Below are positions 1 through 9,046 of a stretch of 64,000 nucleotides of DNA, piece after piece (the first letter of the stretch is position 1; each line of letters begins with the position of its first letter). The DNA is from an uncultured Gammaproteobacteria bacterium. GTDB taxonomy: Bacteria > Pseudomonadota > Gammaproteobacteria > CAYNNN01. Under the pieces are notes generated by a model. The model saw nothing but the letters and a program-made list of their open reading frames with translations. It ran no database searches and was not told the DNA's origin. The translations under genes and the position numbers were made by a program. The stretch is from assembly GCA_964398665.1 (NCBI GenBank), contig CAYNNN010000001.1:45415-109414 (forward strand), given 5' to 3'.

Positions 1-301
1 CGCCCCAGGGTTTCACTACTGTGAACTGGATTCGGTGCAGGTCAAGGGCAAACAGCAGGCGGTGCGCATCTATACGCTGTTTGCAACAGAACCACCGCCC
101 TGGACGGGCCTGTTTCAGATGCTGTTGGCTCACTATCGCAGTCGCGCCTTTGCCGAAGCCCTGAATCTGGTCCAGGTCCTGCGCAACGACGGTCATGCGC
201 CCGCCGCCTTGCTGGCGTTATATGAGCAGCGCTGCGTACAGTTTCTCAACCAGCCACCGCCGCCTGACTGGAATGGCACCACCGCCCTGAGCAAGAAGTA
301 A
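1..301 (+). CDS. 3' end of an adenylate/guanylate cyclase-like protein (partial; N-terminus lies upstream of the window)
   Basis: The reading frame is open from base 1 and ends with ...VQVKGKQQAVRIYTLF..., which resembles the C-terminal beta-strand motif of class III cyclase domains. Only about 100 aa are visible. Confidence 0.35.
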   Translation, partial: APGFHYCELDSVQVKGKQQAVRIYTLFATEPPPWTGLFQMLLAHYRSRAFAEALNLVQVLRNDGHAPAALLALYEQRCVQFLNQPPPPDWNGTTALSKK

Positions 302-363
302 TCGGCACGCCTCCGAGACTGCCCAACCTGCGTCAGGTCCAGCTTCAGGCTGCGCCCCGGCAT

Positions 364-1596
364 TTACCCGAGTGCCTCAAACAGACCCAGGGGGCCAGGG
401 TAGGCAAATTCGGGAAAGACCGTTGCAAGCGCAGGATTCCCCAACCGGGTCGCAGCCAGCTCGGCCAGGACGGTGCGGTAGTCGGTCGTGACAGCCAGGT
501 CCAACCCTTGAAACAGGGCCGCAGCACTCAAGCCCGGCCAGGTGCCATAGACCCGCCCCCCATTGACTCCGCCGCCCATGACCAGCATGGCATTGGCATG
601 GCCGTGGTCGGTGCCGCCCGAGGCATTTTCCTTGACCCGACGCCCAAACTCGCTCATCGTCACCACAGTGACATTGGCCATCTGGCCACCCAGGTCCGCA
701 GCAAAAGCGGCCAATCCCTGGGCCAGTTCCGTCAGCAGGGGAGCCAGCTCTGCAGCCTGATTGTTGTGAGTGTCCCAGCCCCCCAGATCCACGCAGGCCA
801 CGCTCAGACCCAGATTGGCCTTGATCAGTTGTGCCGTCTGCATCAGCCCGGTACCAAAATCGGTATCGGGGTAAGTAGCGCCATTGGCCACCGGATATTG
901 CCCTGGGTTGGCAGCAGCCAGCAACTCCAGGGCAGCAAACGTTTGCTGGCTCTGGACATCCAGAAAAAGACTTCCATCATGCAGATTGCGCAGCCCATTG
1001 CCATAGGTCGTCAGGTCGGTCAGGCGGCTGCTCAGGGCAAATTCGGCAAAGGTATCCACGGCAGTGGCAGGCGCACCGCGTAAGGAGGGCTGGGTGGCCA
1101 CACCCATCCCCACGGCCCGGAAAGCAGAGGGATTCGTCTCGCCCAAACTGGCCAGGTAGCGACCCAACCAACCGGTAGTGGTGTGTTTGTTTCCCGGTGT
1201 ACCGCTTTCCATATAAGCCTGCGCATCGAAATGCGAGCGGCTATCCACGGTCAGGCCACTGGCATGGACAACAGCCAGGCTACCCTCGGCATAGTACGGC
1301 TGGATCGGGGCCAGATTAGGGTGCAGGCCAAAAAAACCATCCAGATTCAAGGCAGCGGCGGAGTTGCCTGCCTGGGGGGCAGCAATGGCCAGGGTCGGGC
1401 GGTTGCGGTAATAATCAGTGTCACCGTAGGGAATTATCATATTCAGGCCGTCCACCCCGCCGCGCTGGAATATACAGACCAGCACATCCCGCACGCTGGT
1501 CTGCTGGCTCCAGACCCAGCGCGGGGCTGCCAGGGTTCCGCCCAGGAGGGCACCGGCCTTGAGAAAATCCCGACGGTTCATGGTCAGATGGTTCAT
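364..1596 (-). CDS. DUF1501 family protein (Tat-signal, sulfatase-like fold)
   Basis: 410-aa ORF. The N-terminus MNHLTMNRRDFLKAGALLGG is a twin-arginine signal. An AGGAG sits 7 nt before the ATG. It lies 11 nt downstream of a DUF1800-like gene, the usual pairing. Confidence 0.8.
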   Translation of the reverse strand: MNHLTMNRRDFLKAGALLGGTLAAPRWVWSQQTSVRDVLVCIFQRGGVDGLNMIIPYGDTDYYRNRPTLAIAAPQAGNSAAALNLDGFFGLHPNLAPIQPYYAEGSLAVVHASGLTVDSRSHFDAQAYMESGTPGNKHTTTGWLGRYLASLGETNPSAFRAVGMGVATQPSLRGAPATAVDTFAEFALSSRLTDLTTYGNGLRNLHDGSLFLDVQSQQTFAALELLAAANPGQYPVANGATYPDTDFGTGLMQTAQLIKANLGLSVACVDLGGWDTHNNQAAELAPLLTELAQGLAAFAADLGGQMANVTVVTMSEFGRRVKENASGGTDHGHANAMLVMGGGVNGGRVYGTWPGLSAAALFQGLDLAVTTDYRTVLAELAATRLGNPALATVFPEFAYPGPLGLFEALG

Positions 1597-1606
1597 GAGC
1601 AGACTC

Positions 1607-3118
1607 CTAACGGTTTTGAAAATAGGCAGAAGCCAACAGCAGGCCCAGCAGGCCCGGCACCCGGTTGGCCAGAGCGCTGGCCTCCAGGACCGTGTCGGCT
1701 GAAGGGGCGCCCAGCGCGCTGATCAAATCATTGCGGTCGTTGTTGTTCAGGGTGCGGTGCAGCACCCGGCTGGCCAGTTGATCCACGATGCGGGCAGGGG
1801 TGTTGGCACCCCCCAGCAGGGCATTGAGGTCCACACGCAGCCCGGCAACCGCGTTTTCAGCCAGTTGCAAGCCCTGGTTCCAGCGATTCAACAAGCCGTT
1901 GGTCGTGGCCCAATACCCTGCCGTATCGGGGTAGCCGTTGGGTGGTTCCCAATCGAACGGGGCCTGACCCAGGGTGTCAAGGCTGCGCAGCAGGCTGGCC
2001 AGGCCCACGGCATCTGTCAGGCTCGCATCGGTCTGGCGCAAGGCTCCGATGGCAAACTCCCAGGGACGCTTGAATTTCAAATCAGCACTGGCCTCAAATT
2101 CCGGGGTGTTGAACAATGCCCGCAGGGTGCTGCGGATATCTCCCCCGCTTGCGCTGAAGGCTGCGCTGACTGCGCTGACTGCGGTGGGTGGGGGCGTATC
2201 GCTGATGAAGCGCCGCACCAGCTTGGTGGCAATGAATTGCGCCGTGGCCGGATGGGTGGCCAGAATGTCCAGCAGGCGCTGGCCTTCCTCCAGCCCGCCC
2301 CCAGCCGGAAAATCAATGCCCATGAAAGTCTTGGCCCCGGTATCGTGATTGGCCAGACTGAACTGGAAGGTGCCGTGTTGGGGCGTACCGCTGTAACGCC
2401 GCCCCAGATAGATTGTCCAGCCAGTCAGGATTCGGGCCACCGCCTGCACATCGGTCTGGGTATAACCGCCGTCCACGCCGAGCGTGTGCAGCTCCAGTAA
2501 TTCCCGGGCATAGTTTTCATTGGGTGCCGCAGCCGTGCTGACGTAGTTATCCAGGTAATACAACATCGCCGGACTTTGGGCCGAGGCCTCCAACAAATCC
2601 CGGAAATTCCCTAGGGCATGGGGCCGGATCACGGCGCGGTCATCCACGGTCTTGAGTGCCCGCAATGGGCCGTTGAGCTGATGGATGTTGAAGTGGTTAC
2701 TCCAGAAATCCACCATCACTTCATAAAGCTGACGGGTGCTGAACCAGGCCCGGTACAGCGTGGCGATGCGCAATTCCCGCACCAGCTCGACCCGCTGCAG
2801 GCTGCCGGAGTCAGCTTGTTGATCCAGCACCAACAAAGCATCGGCACTCAGGCTCAGGGTGCTGAAATTCTGGGCAATAAAACTGTCCACTGCGCTGTCA
2901 TCCAGGCTGGCGGGGTTGAGTTGTTCTTCCAGATAGGCGCCCCTGCCGATTTGTTGGAGGCGGCTTAAGTCCGCCGGCCGGATTCCAAAACTGATCCGGT
3001 TCAGCAGCAGGACATCGGCATCGGGGGCAGGCAGGGTATCAGCACGGGCATGACGGGCCGCCAGCGCAACGCCACCCAAGGCGGCCAGGAGCCAGGCACG
3101 TCGGGAGACAACAGACAT
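1607..3118 (-). CDS. DUF1800 family protein (secreted)
   Basis: Long ORF with an internal ATG at 3118 (MSVVSRRAWLLAALGGVALAA, a signal peptide) preceded by GGAG. The track ORF starts earlier at 3172. It has the DUF1800-like size and pairs with DUF1501. Confidence 0.75.
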   Translation of the reverse strand: MSVVSRRAWLLAALGGVALAARHARADTLPAPDADVLLLNRISFGIRPADLSRLQQIGRGAYLEEQLNPASLDDSAVDSFIAQNFSTLSLSADALLVLDQQADSGSLQRVELVRELRIATLYRAWFSTRQLYEVMVDFWSNHFNIHQLNGPLRALKTVDDRAVIRPHALGNFRDLLEASAQSPAMLYYLDNYVSTAAAPNENYARELLELHTLGVDGGYTQTDVQAVARILTGWTIYLGRRYSGTPQHGTFQFSLANHDTGAKTFMGIDFPAGGGLEEGQRLLDILATHPATAQFIATKLVRRFISDTPPPTAVSAVSAAFSASGGDIRSTLRALFNTPEFEASADLKFKRPWEFAIGALRQTDASLTDAVGLASLLRSLDTLGQAPFDWEPPNGYPDTAGYWATTNGLLNRWNQGLQLAENAVAGLRVDLNALLGGANTPARIVDQLASRVLHRTLNNNDRNDLISALGAPSADTVLEASALANRVPGLLGLLLASAYFQNR

Positions 3119-3306
3119 GGGAAACTCCACGAGGTAGTAAGGGGTAATTCCCCAACGCGGCAACCCCGGCATGGTTGACTCCCCGCACGGCGCGGCATGT
3201 CATGGCCCCAAAACGAGGCAGATCAACAGCGCTCAACGTCTATCATCAGTGCGTAATATAAGCAGATTATCATACCCCGTCCATCCAACAGCGCGGGGTT
3301 AGAATC

Positions 3307-5022
3307 ATGAGCACTTCCAGTAATAATGTATCAGCAGCCAAAGATCACGAAAAAGCACTCCTCTGGCGCTTACGCCAAGTCCTGAAGGATCAACACCAGG
3401 AAGTTACCTCATTTGCACGCTTGATCAATGATATGGATTATCGTATCGAGATCATCAAGCGCGCGCGTCTCTACGCCTCGCCTGAGCTGAACCGGATCAT
3501 CGAAGAATTGCAGCGCACTTCAGGCATCATCGCCACCGGCTCGGTCAGCACCGCAGCCGTTGCCGAACGTCAGGCGGCCATCCGGGCCGAAAAAGGCCAC
3601 GCGCACTCCAACACGATGCGCGGCGTGGTCATGGCCTTCACCCTCATCAGCGCAGCAGGGGCTGGTCTGGGGTTTATGGCCAGCATGGGCATGTTTCAAA
3701 CCGTTGTGCCAAAACAGCCCGGCGAGACCATAACTACCCCCGGCGAAACGCTGACCATCAGCGGCTCCATTCTGGAAAACACCACTTGGCGTGCCAAAAA
3801 CACCTATCTTCTTGAAAATCTGGTTTTTGTAGAAGCAGGTGCAATCCTGACAATTGAAGCAGGCACGCAAATTCTGGGTAAGCCTGGCTCAGCATTGATC
3901 ATTACCCGAGGGGCGCAAATCCAGGCCAGGGGAAATGCCGGCCAACCTGTGGTATTCACCAGTGCCCAACCGTCTGGCAGCCGCAAGCGCGGGGATTGGG
4001 GTGGCCTGGTCATGTTGGGCGCAGCCCCCGTCAATCGCAAAAAAGCAGTTGAGGACGCGAACGAAGTCGGCAGTGCCCACATCGAAGGCATTGCCGAAAC
4101 CGACAGCCGAGGGCGGTTTGGCGGAGCCAACAGCAACCATAACTGCGGGGTGCTGGAATATGTGCGCATCGAGTTTGCCGGATTCAAAATCGCTGCCAAT
4201 AATGAGCTCAACGGCCTGACACTGGGTGGCTGTGGTCGGGAGACGGTCATCAGTTATGTCCAGAGCCATCTGGGCGCCGATGATGGGGTTGAAGTATTTG
4301 GCGGAACAGTCGATTTGCGTAATATCGTCATTACAGGCGCCGATGACGACAGCCTGGATTGGGATATGGGCTGGCAGGGCCGTATCCAGTTCATGGTCAT
4401 TCAACAATACGCGGATGGTGGCGATGCGGGTATCGAAGCCGATAACTGGAAACAACATCCCGACGCCCAGCCCCGCTCCCAACCCATTATCTACAATGCC
4501 ACCTTGCTGGGATCGCGTGATGTAGGCAAAGACCAGCGTGCCGCAGTATTCCGCCTGGGGACTGGTGTGATCCTGCGCAACAGCATCATCACCGGCTTCC
4601 CCCAGGAAAGCCTGGATGTCCGCGACAAGGAAACCGCCGCGCTGTTCAAAAGCGGTGCTTCCAGCTTTGACGGCCTGATCATCTACGACATCAAGGGCCG
4701 CACGGGACCAGACGCGGCGACATACTTCCCCGAGGAAAAAGGGGAAAAAGATGATGATGGCGGCTTTGATGAAGCAGCGTATTTCAACTCGCCCAAGCGT
4801 GCCCGGTTCGTGGATCCGGGTCTCACCCAGGCAGCCTGGAACCTGACCCAGCCCAACTATACCCCGACGGGTACGGCTACCCTCAGTTATGTGGCACCAG
4901 TGCCCGTCGAAACGGGTGAAGCCATGGAATTCTGGAACGAATCGGCCGACTTCATCGGTGCGGTCCGGCCCGGGGCCACCCAGAGCTGGCTGGATGGTTG
5001 GACGGCCTTCCCGCTGAACTGA
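3307..5022 (+). CDS. hypothetical membrane-anchored protein with a coiled-coil N-terminus and a beta-helix-like C-terminal region
   Basis: 571-aa ORF. The N-terminal ~100 aa are charged and helical. One hydrophobic segment follows (VVMAFTLISAAGAGLGFMA). After that come repeats rich in G/D/T (GDWGGLVMLG, GADDGVEVFGG, GADDDSLDWDMGWQG). Confidence 0.5.
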   Translation: MSTSSNNVSAAKDHEKALLWRLRQVLKDQHQEVTSFARLINDMDYRIEIIKRARLYASPELNRIIEELQRTSGIIATGSVSTAAVAERQAAIRAEKGHAHSNTMRGVVMAFTLISAAGAGLGFMASMGMFQTVVPKQPGETITTPGETLTISGSILENTTWRAKNTYLLENLVFVEAGAILTIEAGTQILGKPGSALIITRGAQIQARGNAGQPVVFTSAQPSGSRKRGDWGGLVMLGAAPVNRKKAVEDANEVGSAHIEGIAETDSRGRFGGANSNHNCGVLEYVRIEFAGFKIAANNELNGLTLGGCGRETVISYVQSHLGADDGVEVFGGTVDLRNIVITGADDDSLDWDMGWQGRIQFMVIQQYADGGDAGIEADNWKQHPDAQPRSQPIIYNATLLGSRDVGKDQRAAVFRLGTGVILRNSIITGFPQESLDVRDKETAALFKSGASSFDGLIIYDIKGRTGPDAATYFPEEKGEKDDDGGFDEAAYFNSPKRARFVDPGLTQAAWNLTQPNYTPTGTATLSYVAPVPVETGEAMEFWNESADFIGAVRPGATQSWLDGWTAFPLN

Positions 5023-5063
5023 CGCTCACGCCACCCGGCGCGCTGGCCGGGTGGCTGCTGGAC

Positions 5064-6713
5064 TTAAGATTTACGCCGCCGCGCGGCACCAAAGCCCAAC
5101 AATAGACTGGCCGTCAGCGCCAGCGCATAAGGACTCAACGCCGGCACCGCCAGGGCAAAGTTGCCATCAATGCGGTAAATGGCCACCGTCCCGCTCACTT
5201 CGTTGGACAGAATCAGCAACGGTACCCCCGTGGGGCTTTGTTCCGGCGGAATGACCACCACGCCTTCAGGGCTGATATCGCCCGTTGCATTGGGTTCATA
5301 CAGCAAGAAATTGGGCGCAGCCGGGTTGCTGACATCATAGACCATCACCCCGCCCCCGGCCCGTTCTAGGGCTACAAACGCATAATCACTGCCGCCCAGA
5401 CGGCTGACCACGACCGATTCAGGCTCCGGTCCCTTATTGTCGCTCCGGGTGTCAAAATCAGCCGGATTGCCATTGTTGGCATTGAAAAACGTCGGCGTCT
5501 GGGTCGCCGTGCGCTGCTCAAAGAAATCGCCACTGTCAAACACCCGATTCCCGGTCGCTGCGTCCCAGATGGTGAAGCTCCGGGCCCCTAGCACAGGGAT
5601 CTGGGTAAACACCGCCGTGTTGGTGCTGCTGAACAGATTGCGGGTGATGGTGAGACGGCCCAGGTTGGCGTTTTGCTTCAGGGTCGCTTCCGTGGGGAAG
5701 GTCGCATCATCCAGGTCCACGCTGGAAACCCGGACTTCTTCTGCAAAGCCGGTATAGTCGCGGGCATCACCTTCATTGGCGGTTACAAAGAACACATTGC
5801 CACCGGTCTGGTACACCGCAATACCGTCTGGTTGGTATAGCCCCATGACAGGCCAGTTCTGGATCAGGATGCTGGGCGCATTGGCGGGGCCATCCCGGTC
5901 GCTGGGATCTAGACCATTGCCCGCCTGACTGTGATCCTTGAAGCCCAGGGCAATGATCCGTTCCACCTGATTCGTTTGCAGGTTGATGACTGCAACCGCA
6001 TTGTTTTCCTGAAGTGTGACAAAAGCGCGTGTTCCATCGGGGCTGATGGCAATGTACTCCGGCTCCAAATCCTGGGCTACACTGGCGTTGGGGCCAAAGA
6101 TGCGTACCGTGGCAGGGAGTTCGGCGTTGCGGGGCTGGCCCACGTTGAAGTCGGCAAATCCCACCGTCGTCACCGTGGCCGCAGGAATGCCACCACCGAT
6201 ATTGATGATGCTGACGGAGCCTTCCGGGTCCACGCTGTCAGCCTGACCATAAGAGTTGGGTTCACCTTCGTTGGCCGTCAGCACGCGCTGGCCATCGGGC
6301 GTGAAGGTCACCATATCGGGTAGCGCCCCCACATTCACCTGACCCAGTAAGGCCAGGGTGGTAGTGCTGTAAAATGCTACTAGGCCAGGGTTGGTCTTGG
6401 TTGTGGCAGCCACTGCGACAGCAGCCACGCCGTTCTTGATAGCCACGCTGTTGATCTCGCCACCCGGTGGATCCAACGTGGTTACCAGACTGGGCGCAGT
6501 GGGATCGCCGATGGCGATGACATCCACCGTCCCTGCCGCTGCATTGACCGTAAACAGACGGCCCGTCACCGGATCATAGGCCGAAATTTCAGCCGCTCCG
6601 GTGCCCAGACCGGTGTCAAAATGCCCCAGCAGCGTTAGCCCTGTGAGCGCAGCCTGTGCAGGTGCCGCATGGAGTACGCCCAGCACCGCAAGGATCAGCA
6701 GACGACGACGCAT
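5064..6713 (-). CDS. secreted beta-propeller protein (phytase-like / choice-of-anchor-I-like) with a C-terminal PEP-CTERM-like anchor tail
   Basis: 549 aa. It has a signal peptide (MRRRLLILAVLGVLHAAPAQA). The N-terminal region LTLLGHFDTGLGTGAAEISAYDPVTGRLFTVNAAAGTVDVI is typical of that family. The C-terminus ...PALSPYALALTASLLLGFGAARRRKS is Pro-containing, then hydrophobic, then Arg-rich. Confidence 0.55.
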   Translation of the reverse strand: MRRRLLILAVLGVLHAAPAQAALTGLTLLGHFDTGLGTGAAEISAYDPVTGRLFTVNAAAGTVDVIAIGDPTAPSLVTTLDPPGGEINSVAIKNGVAAVAVAATTKTNPGLVAFYSTTTLALLGQVNVGALPDMVTFTPDGQRVLTANEGEPNSYGQADSVDPEGSVSIINIGGGIPAATVTTVGFADFNVGQPRNAELPATVRIFGPNASVAQDLEPEYIAISPDGTRAFVTLQENNAVAVINLQTNQVERIIALGFKDHSQAGNGLDPSDRDGPANAPSILIQNWPVMGLYQPDGIAVYQTGGNVFFVTANEGDARDYTGFAEEVRVSSVDLDDATFPTEATLKQNANLGRLTITRNLFSSTNTAVFTQIPVLGARSFTIWDAATGNRVFDSGDFFEQRTATQTPTFFNANNGNPADFDTRSDNKGPEPESVVVSRLGGSDYAFVALERAGGGVMVYDVSNPAAPNFLLYEPNATGDISPEGVVVIPPEQSPTGVPLLILSNEVSGTVAIYRIDGNFALAVPALSPYALALTASLLLGFGAARRRKS

Positions 6714-6840
6714 AAAACCTCTTTGAATAGGAAAAACTCTGGAATTCTAGGGAGGACAGATGACGGGCCGATGACAATCGGCTGCCCAGCACCACATGAC
6801 AAGTGAACGCCCCAGGCCCGCACCAAGCGCTGCCCAATAC

Positions 6841-6899
6841 TTGATAGTGATTCGCATCCCTTGTATTATCAAGAATAGTTATTGCTATCGATAATAGTT
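6841..6899 (+). promoter_or_regulatory. tonB promoter region: sigma-70-like TTGATA-N17-TATTAT overlapped by Fur-box-like GATAAT/ATTATC hexamer array
   Basis: An AT-rich island sits in a GC-rich genome immediately 5' of tonB. TTGATA is at 6841-6846 and TATTAT at 6864-6869, with a 17-nt spacer. Hexamers GATAGT, ATTATC, AATAGT, TATCGA and GATAAT overlap the promoter. Confidence 0.4.
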
Positions 6900-7635
6900 G
6901 GCTATGCAGGTAATGGTTCCCAGATACAATCCCTGGCAGGGGTGGCTGGGTTTAGTTCTCGCCCTGGGTTTGCACGCGAGTGCCTTGTACGGACTGCTAC
7001 TCTTGCGCCCCGCTCGGACGCCGCCCGTACCGGTGACCTGGATCAGCCTGGCAACCCTCGCGCCTCAGCCCCAACCGGTACCAACCCCGGTGGTCGAAAC
7101 GCCCAGGGTGGAAACACCGCTCCCCGAACCTGCGCCGGTAGCGGCCGTGGTAACCCCGAAAGCTACTGTAGCCCGGCAGCCCGAGGTCAAGCCGGAACCC
7201 AAGCCCCGGCCCAAGCCGCAGCCTAAACCCAAGGCAAAATCGGTACCTACACCCCGTCAGCAACCGCCGGTGGCCACACCAGTCGAAACTGCGCCGCCGG
7301 TGGCCCAGACCCAACCGGTGCCCCAGCCGGTGGCAACACCCCTGGACCCTGTGATCCCGGCCCGGTTCAATGCGGCCTACCTGAACAACCCTGCCCCTGC
7401 CTATCCGGCCCTGGCCCGACGCCTGGGTGAACAGGGCAAAGTCCTGTTACGTGCCCATGTCCTGCCCAGCGGCAAGCCGGAGACTGTCGAGATTCAGGAA
7501 TCTTCCGGCAGCCAGCGTCTGGATGTTGCCGCCCGCGATGCGGTAGCCCGCTGGCAGTTCATTCCAGCCCGGCAAGGCGAAGTGGCCCTGGCCGCCTGGG
7601 TGGTGGTTCCCATTCATTTTCATCTGGAACGTTAA
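6898..7635 (+). CDS. tonB: energy transducer TonB
   Basis: N-terminal TM segment, a Pro-rich PKP/EPxP repeat spacer, and a C-terminal TonB domain (NPAPAYPALARRLGEQGKVLLRAHVLPSGKP...). Confidence 0.85.
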   Translation: MAMQVMVPRYNPWQGWLGLVLALGLHASALYGLLLLRPARTPPVPVTWISLATLAPQPQPVPTPVVETPRVETPLPEPAPVAAVVTPKATVARQPEVKPEPKPRPKPQPKPKAKSVPTPRQQPPVATPVETAPPVAQTQPVPQPVATPLDPVIPARFNAAYLNNPAPAYPALARRLGEQGKVLLRAHVLPSGKPETVEIQESSGSQRLDVAARDAVARWQFIPARQGEVALAAWVVVPIHFHLER

Positions 7636-7636
7636 C

Positions 7637-8377
7637 ATGCTGAGTTTCAATCCCTACGATTTCTGGGCACGCAGCGATGCCATTGCCCATGCGGTGCTGA
7701 TTATCCTGGCGCTCTTGTCAGTGGCCAGCTGGAGCATCATTTTTGCCAAAAGCGGGCGCCTGAGCCGGATGCGCTGGCTGGCGGGTCCGGCATTGAATCA
7801 ATTCTGGTCAGCGCCGCGCTGGGAGGTAGGCTTGTCGGCCTTGCGCAAGCTGCCTTTATTTGCCCATCTGGCCCAAAGCGGTTGGCTGGCCGTACGGCAT
7901 CAACAACAGCATTGCCAGGGTCAACCACACCTGGACGCCGCCTTGCCCCTGAGCGATGCGGTCACCCGCGCCTTGCGTCAGGCGCTACATCAGGCCAGCC
8001 ATCAACTGGAAAGCGGCCAGACCTTGTTGGCTTCCGTGGGTTCTACCGCGCCCTTCATCGGCCTGCTGGGTACTGTCTGGGGTATTTATCATGCGCTGGC
8101 CCAGATCGGCCTCAGTGGTCAGGCCAGTCTGGAGCAGGTCGCCGGTCCAGTGGGCGAGGCCCTGATCATGACGGCTATCGGCCTGTTTACAGCCATTCCA
8201 GCCGTGCTGGCCTTCAATGCCTTCAATCGCACCCAGCGGGCCATCCTGGCGGAACTGGATGCATTTGCCTATGATCTACACGCCTATTTCACAACTGGCC
8301 AACCCTTGTGCAAGGCCGCACCGGCCAGTGCCCCGGAAACGCCAGGCCCGGCAGTCCTGGTGGCGGAGCAAATCTGA
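7637..8377 (+). CDS. exbB: MotA/TolQ/ExbB proton channel protein
   Basis: Three-TM ExbB/TolQ topology and motifs. Its stop codon overlaps the start of the next gene (ATGA). Confidence 0.85.
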   Translation: MLSFNPYDFWARSDAIAHAVLIILALLSVASWSIIFAKSGRLSRMRWLAGPALNQFWSAPRWEVGLSALRKLPLFAHLAQSGWLAVRHQQQHCQGQPHLDAALPLSDAVTRALRQALHQASHQLESGQTLLASVGSTAPFIGLLGTVWGIYHALAQIGLSGQASLEQVAGPVGEALIMTAIGLFTAIPAVLAFNAFNRTQRAILAELDAFAYDLHAYFTTGQPLCKAAPASAPETPGPAVLVAEQI

Positions 8378-8787
8378 TGGCCTTTGGACATTTTGAGTCA
8401 GGGGATACCCAGCCCATGGCCGACATCAATATCGTACCGCTGGTAGACGTGATGCTGGTTCTGTTGATCATCTTCATCGTCACCACGCCACTGCTGACCC
8501 AGACCTTGAAAGTGGAACTCCCGCAAACTCAGGCCCAGGCTTCCAGTCCACCCCCGCCGGCGCTGCGGGTCAGCCTGGACGCCGAGTCCCGGCTGTATGT
8601 GGAAACGGAAGCGCTGGAGTGGGCGCAGTTGGGGCCACGTCTGGCCCAGGCGGCAGCGCAGCAGCCGCAACCCGAACTACATCTGAGCGTGGATAAGACC
8701 ACGCCTTATCAACGTCTGGCGGAATTGCTCGATGCCGCCCGGCAGGCCGGATTGAGCAAAGTCGGCTTTGTCACGCAACCTCAATAG
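8377..8787 (+). CDS. exbD: biopolymer transport protein ExbD/TolR
   Basis: ATG at 8377 overlaps the exbB stop. The sequence ...ADINIVPLVDVMLVLLIIFIV... is the typical ExbD N-terminus. About 136 aa. Confidence 0.85.
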   Translation: MAFGHFESGDTQPMADINIVPLVDVMLVLLIIFIVTTPLLTQTLKVELPQTQAQASSPPPPALRVSLDAESRLYVETEALEWAQLGPRLAQAAAQQPQPELHLSVDKTTPYQRLAELLDAARQAGLSKVGFVTQPQ

Positions 8788-8794
8788 GCATTTC

Positions 8795-8962
8795 ATGAAC
8801 AAGCCTCCTGCACGCCCAGCACCCGGTGCAGCGACAACCGAACCCCCATTGCTGCACTCACACGATTTGTTTCGGCGTGGGAATGTGGTCCGCATTGAGC
8901 ATCAGGGCCAGATTTACCTGCTCCGGCTGACCCGTGAACACAAGCTGATTTTGAACAAGTAG
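8795..8962 (+). CDS. hemP: hemin uptake protein HemP-like small protein
   Basis: About 55 aa ending in ...RRGNVVRIEHQGQIYLLRLTREHKLILNK, the characteristic HemP C-terminus. It lies immediately after tonB-exbBD. The track start at 8768 is a TTG that overlaps exbD, so the ATG at 8795 was chosen. Confidence 0.55.
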   Translation: MNKPPARPAPGAATTEPPLLHSHDLFRRGNVVRIEHQGQIYLLRLTREHKLILNK

Positions 8963-9046
8963 CCAGGTTGGCTGGATCAGGTCTCTTGCTTGCGTCCCGG
9001 CCAACAGCTTCTATGCTTAGGGAGTCGGCTACTTGAGGGCAACAGC

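Noticed and set aside
508-1083. 191-aa + strand ORF (and several others: 1757..2500, 9314..9955, 11453..12193, 15636..16715, 18682..19998, 23573..24475, 26709..27638, 38714..39790, 52491..53156, 61714..62709)
   Set aside because: Each lies antisense to, or out of frame within, a well-supported gene such as DUF1501, ffh, glmU, amt, purC, dnaB, pilB or ogt. Each has an Arg/Gly/Pro/Ala-rich composition typical of spurious open frames in high-GC DNA, and none has recognizable motifs.
2130-2190. Short tandem duplication gcgctgact-gcgctgact inside the DUF1800 gene
   Set aside because: It is only two 9-nt copies, it keeps the frame (encoding AALTALTA), and it is not a repeat element.
7050-7330. Repetitive Pro/Lys/Glu-rich DNA (ccc aag ccc cgg ccc aag ccg cag cct aaa ccc)
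   Set aside because: It is the PKP/EPxP spacer of TonB itself. This is low-complexity coding sequence, not a mobile or CRISPR repeat.
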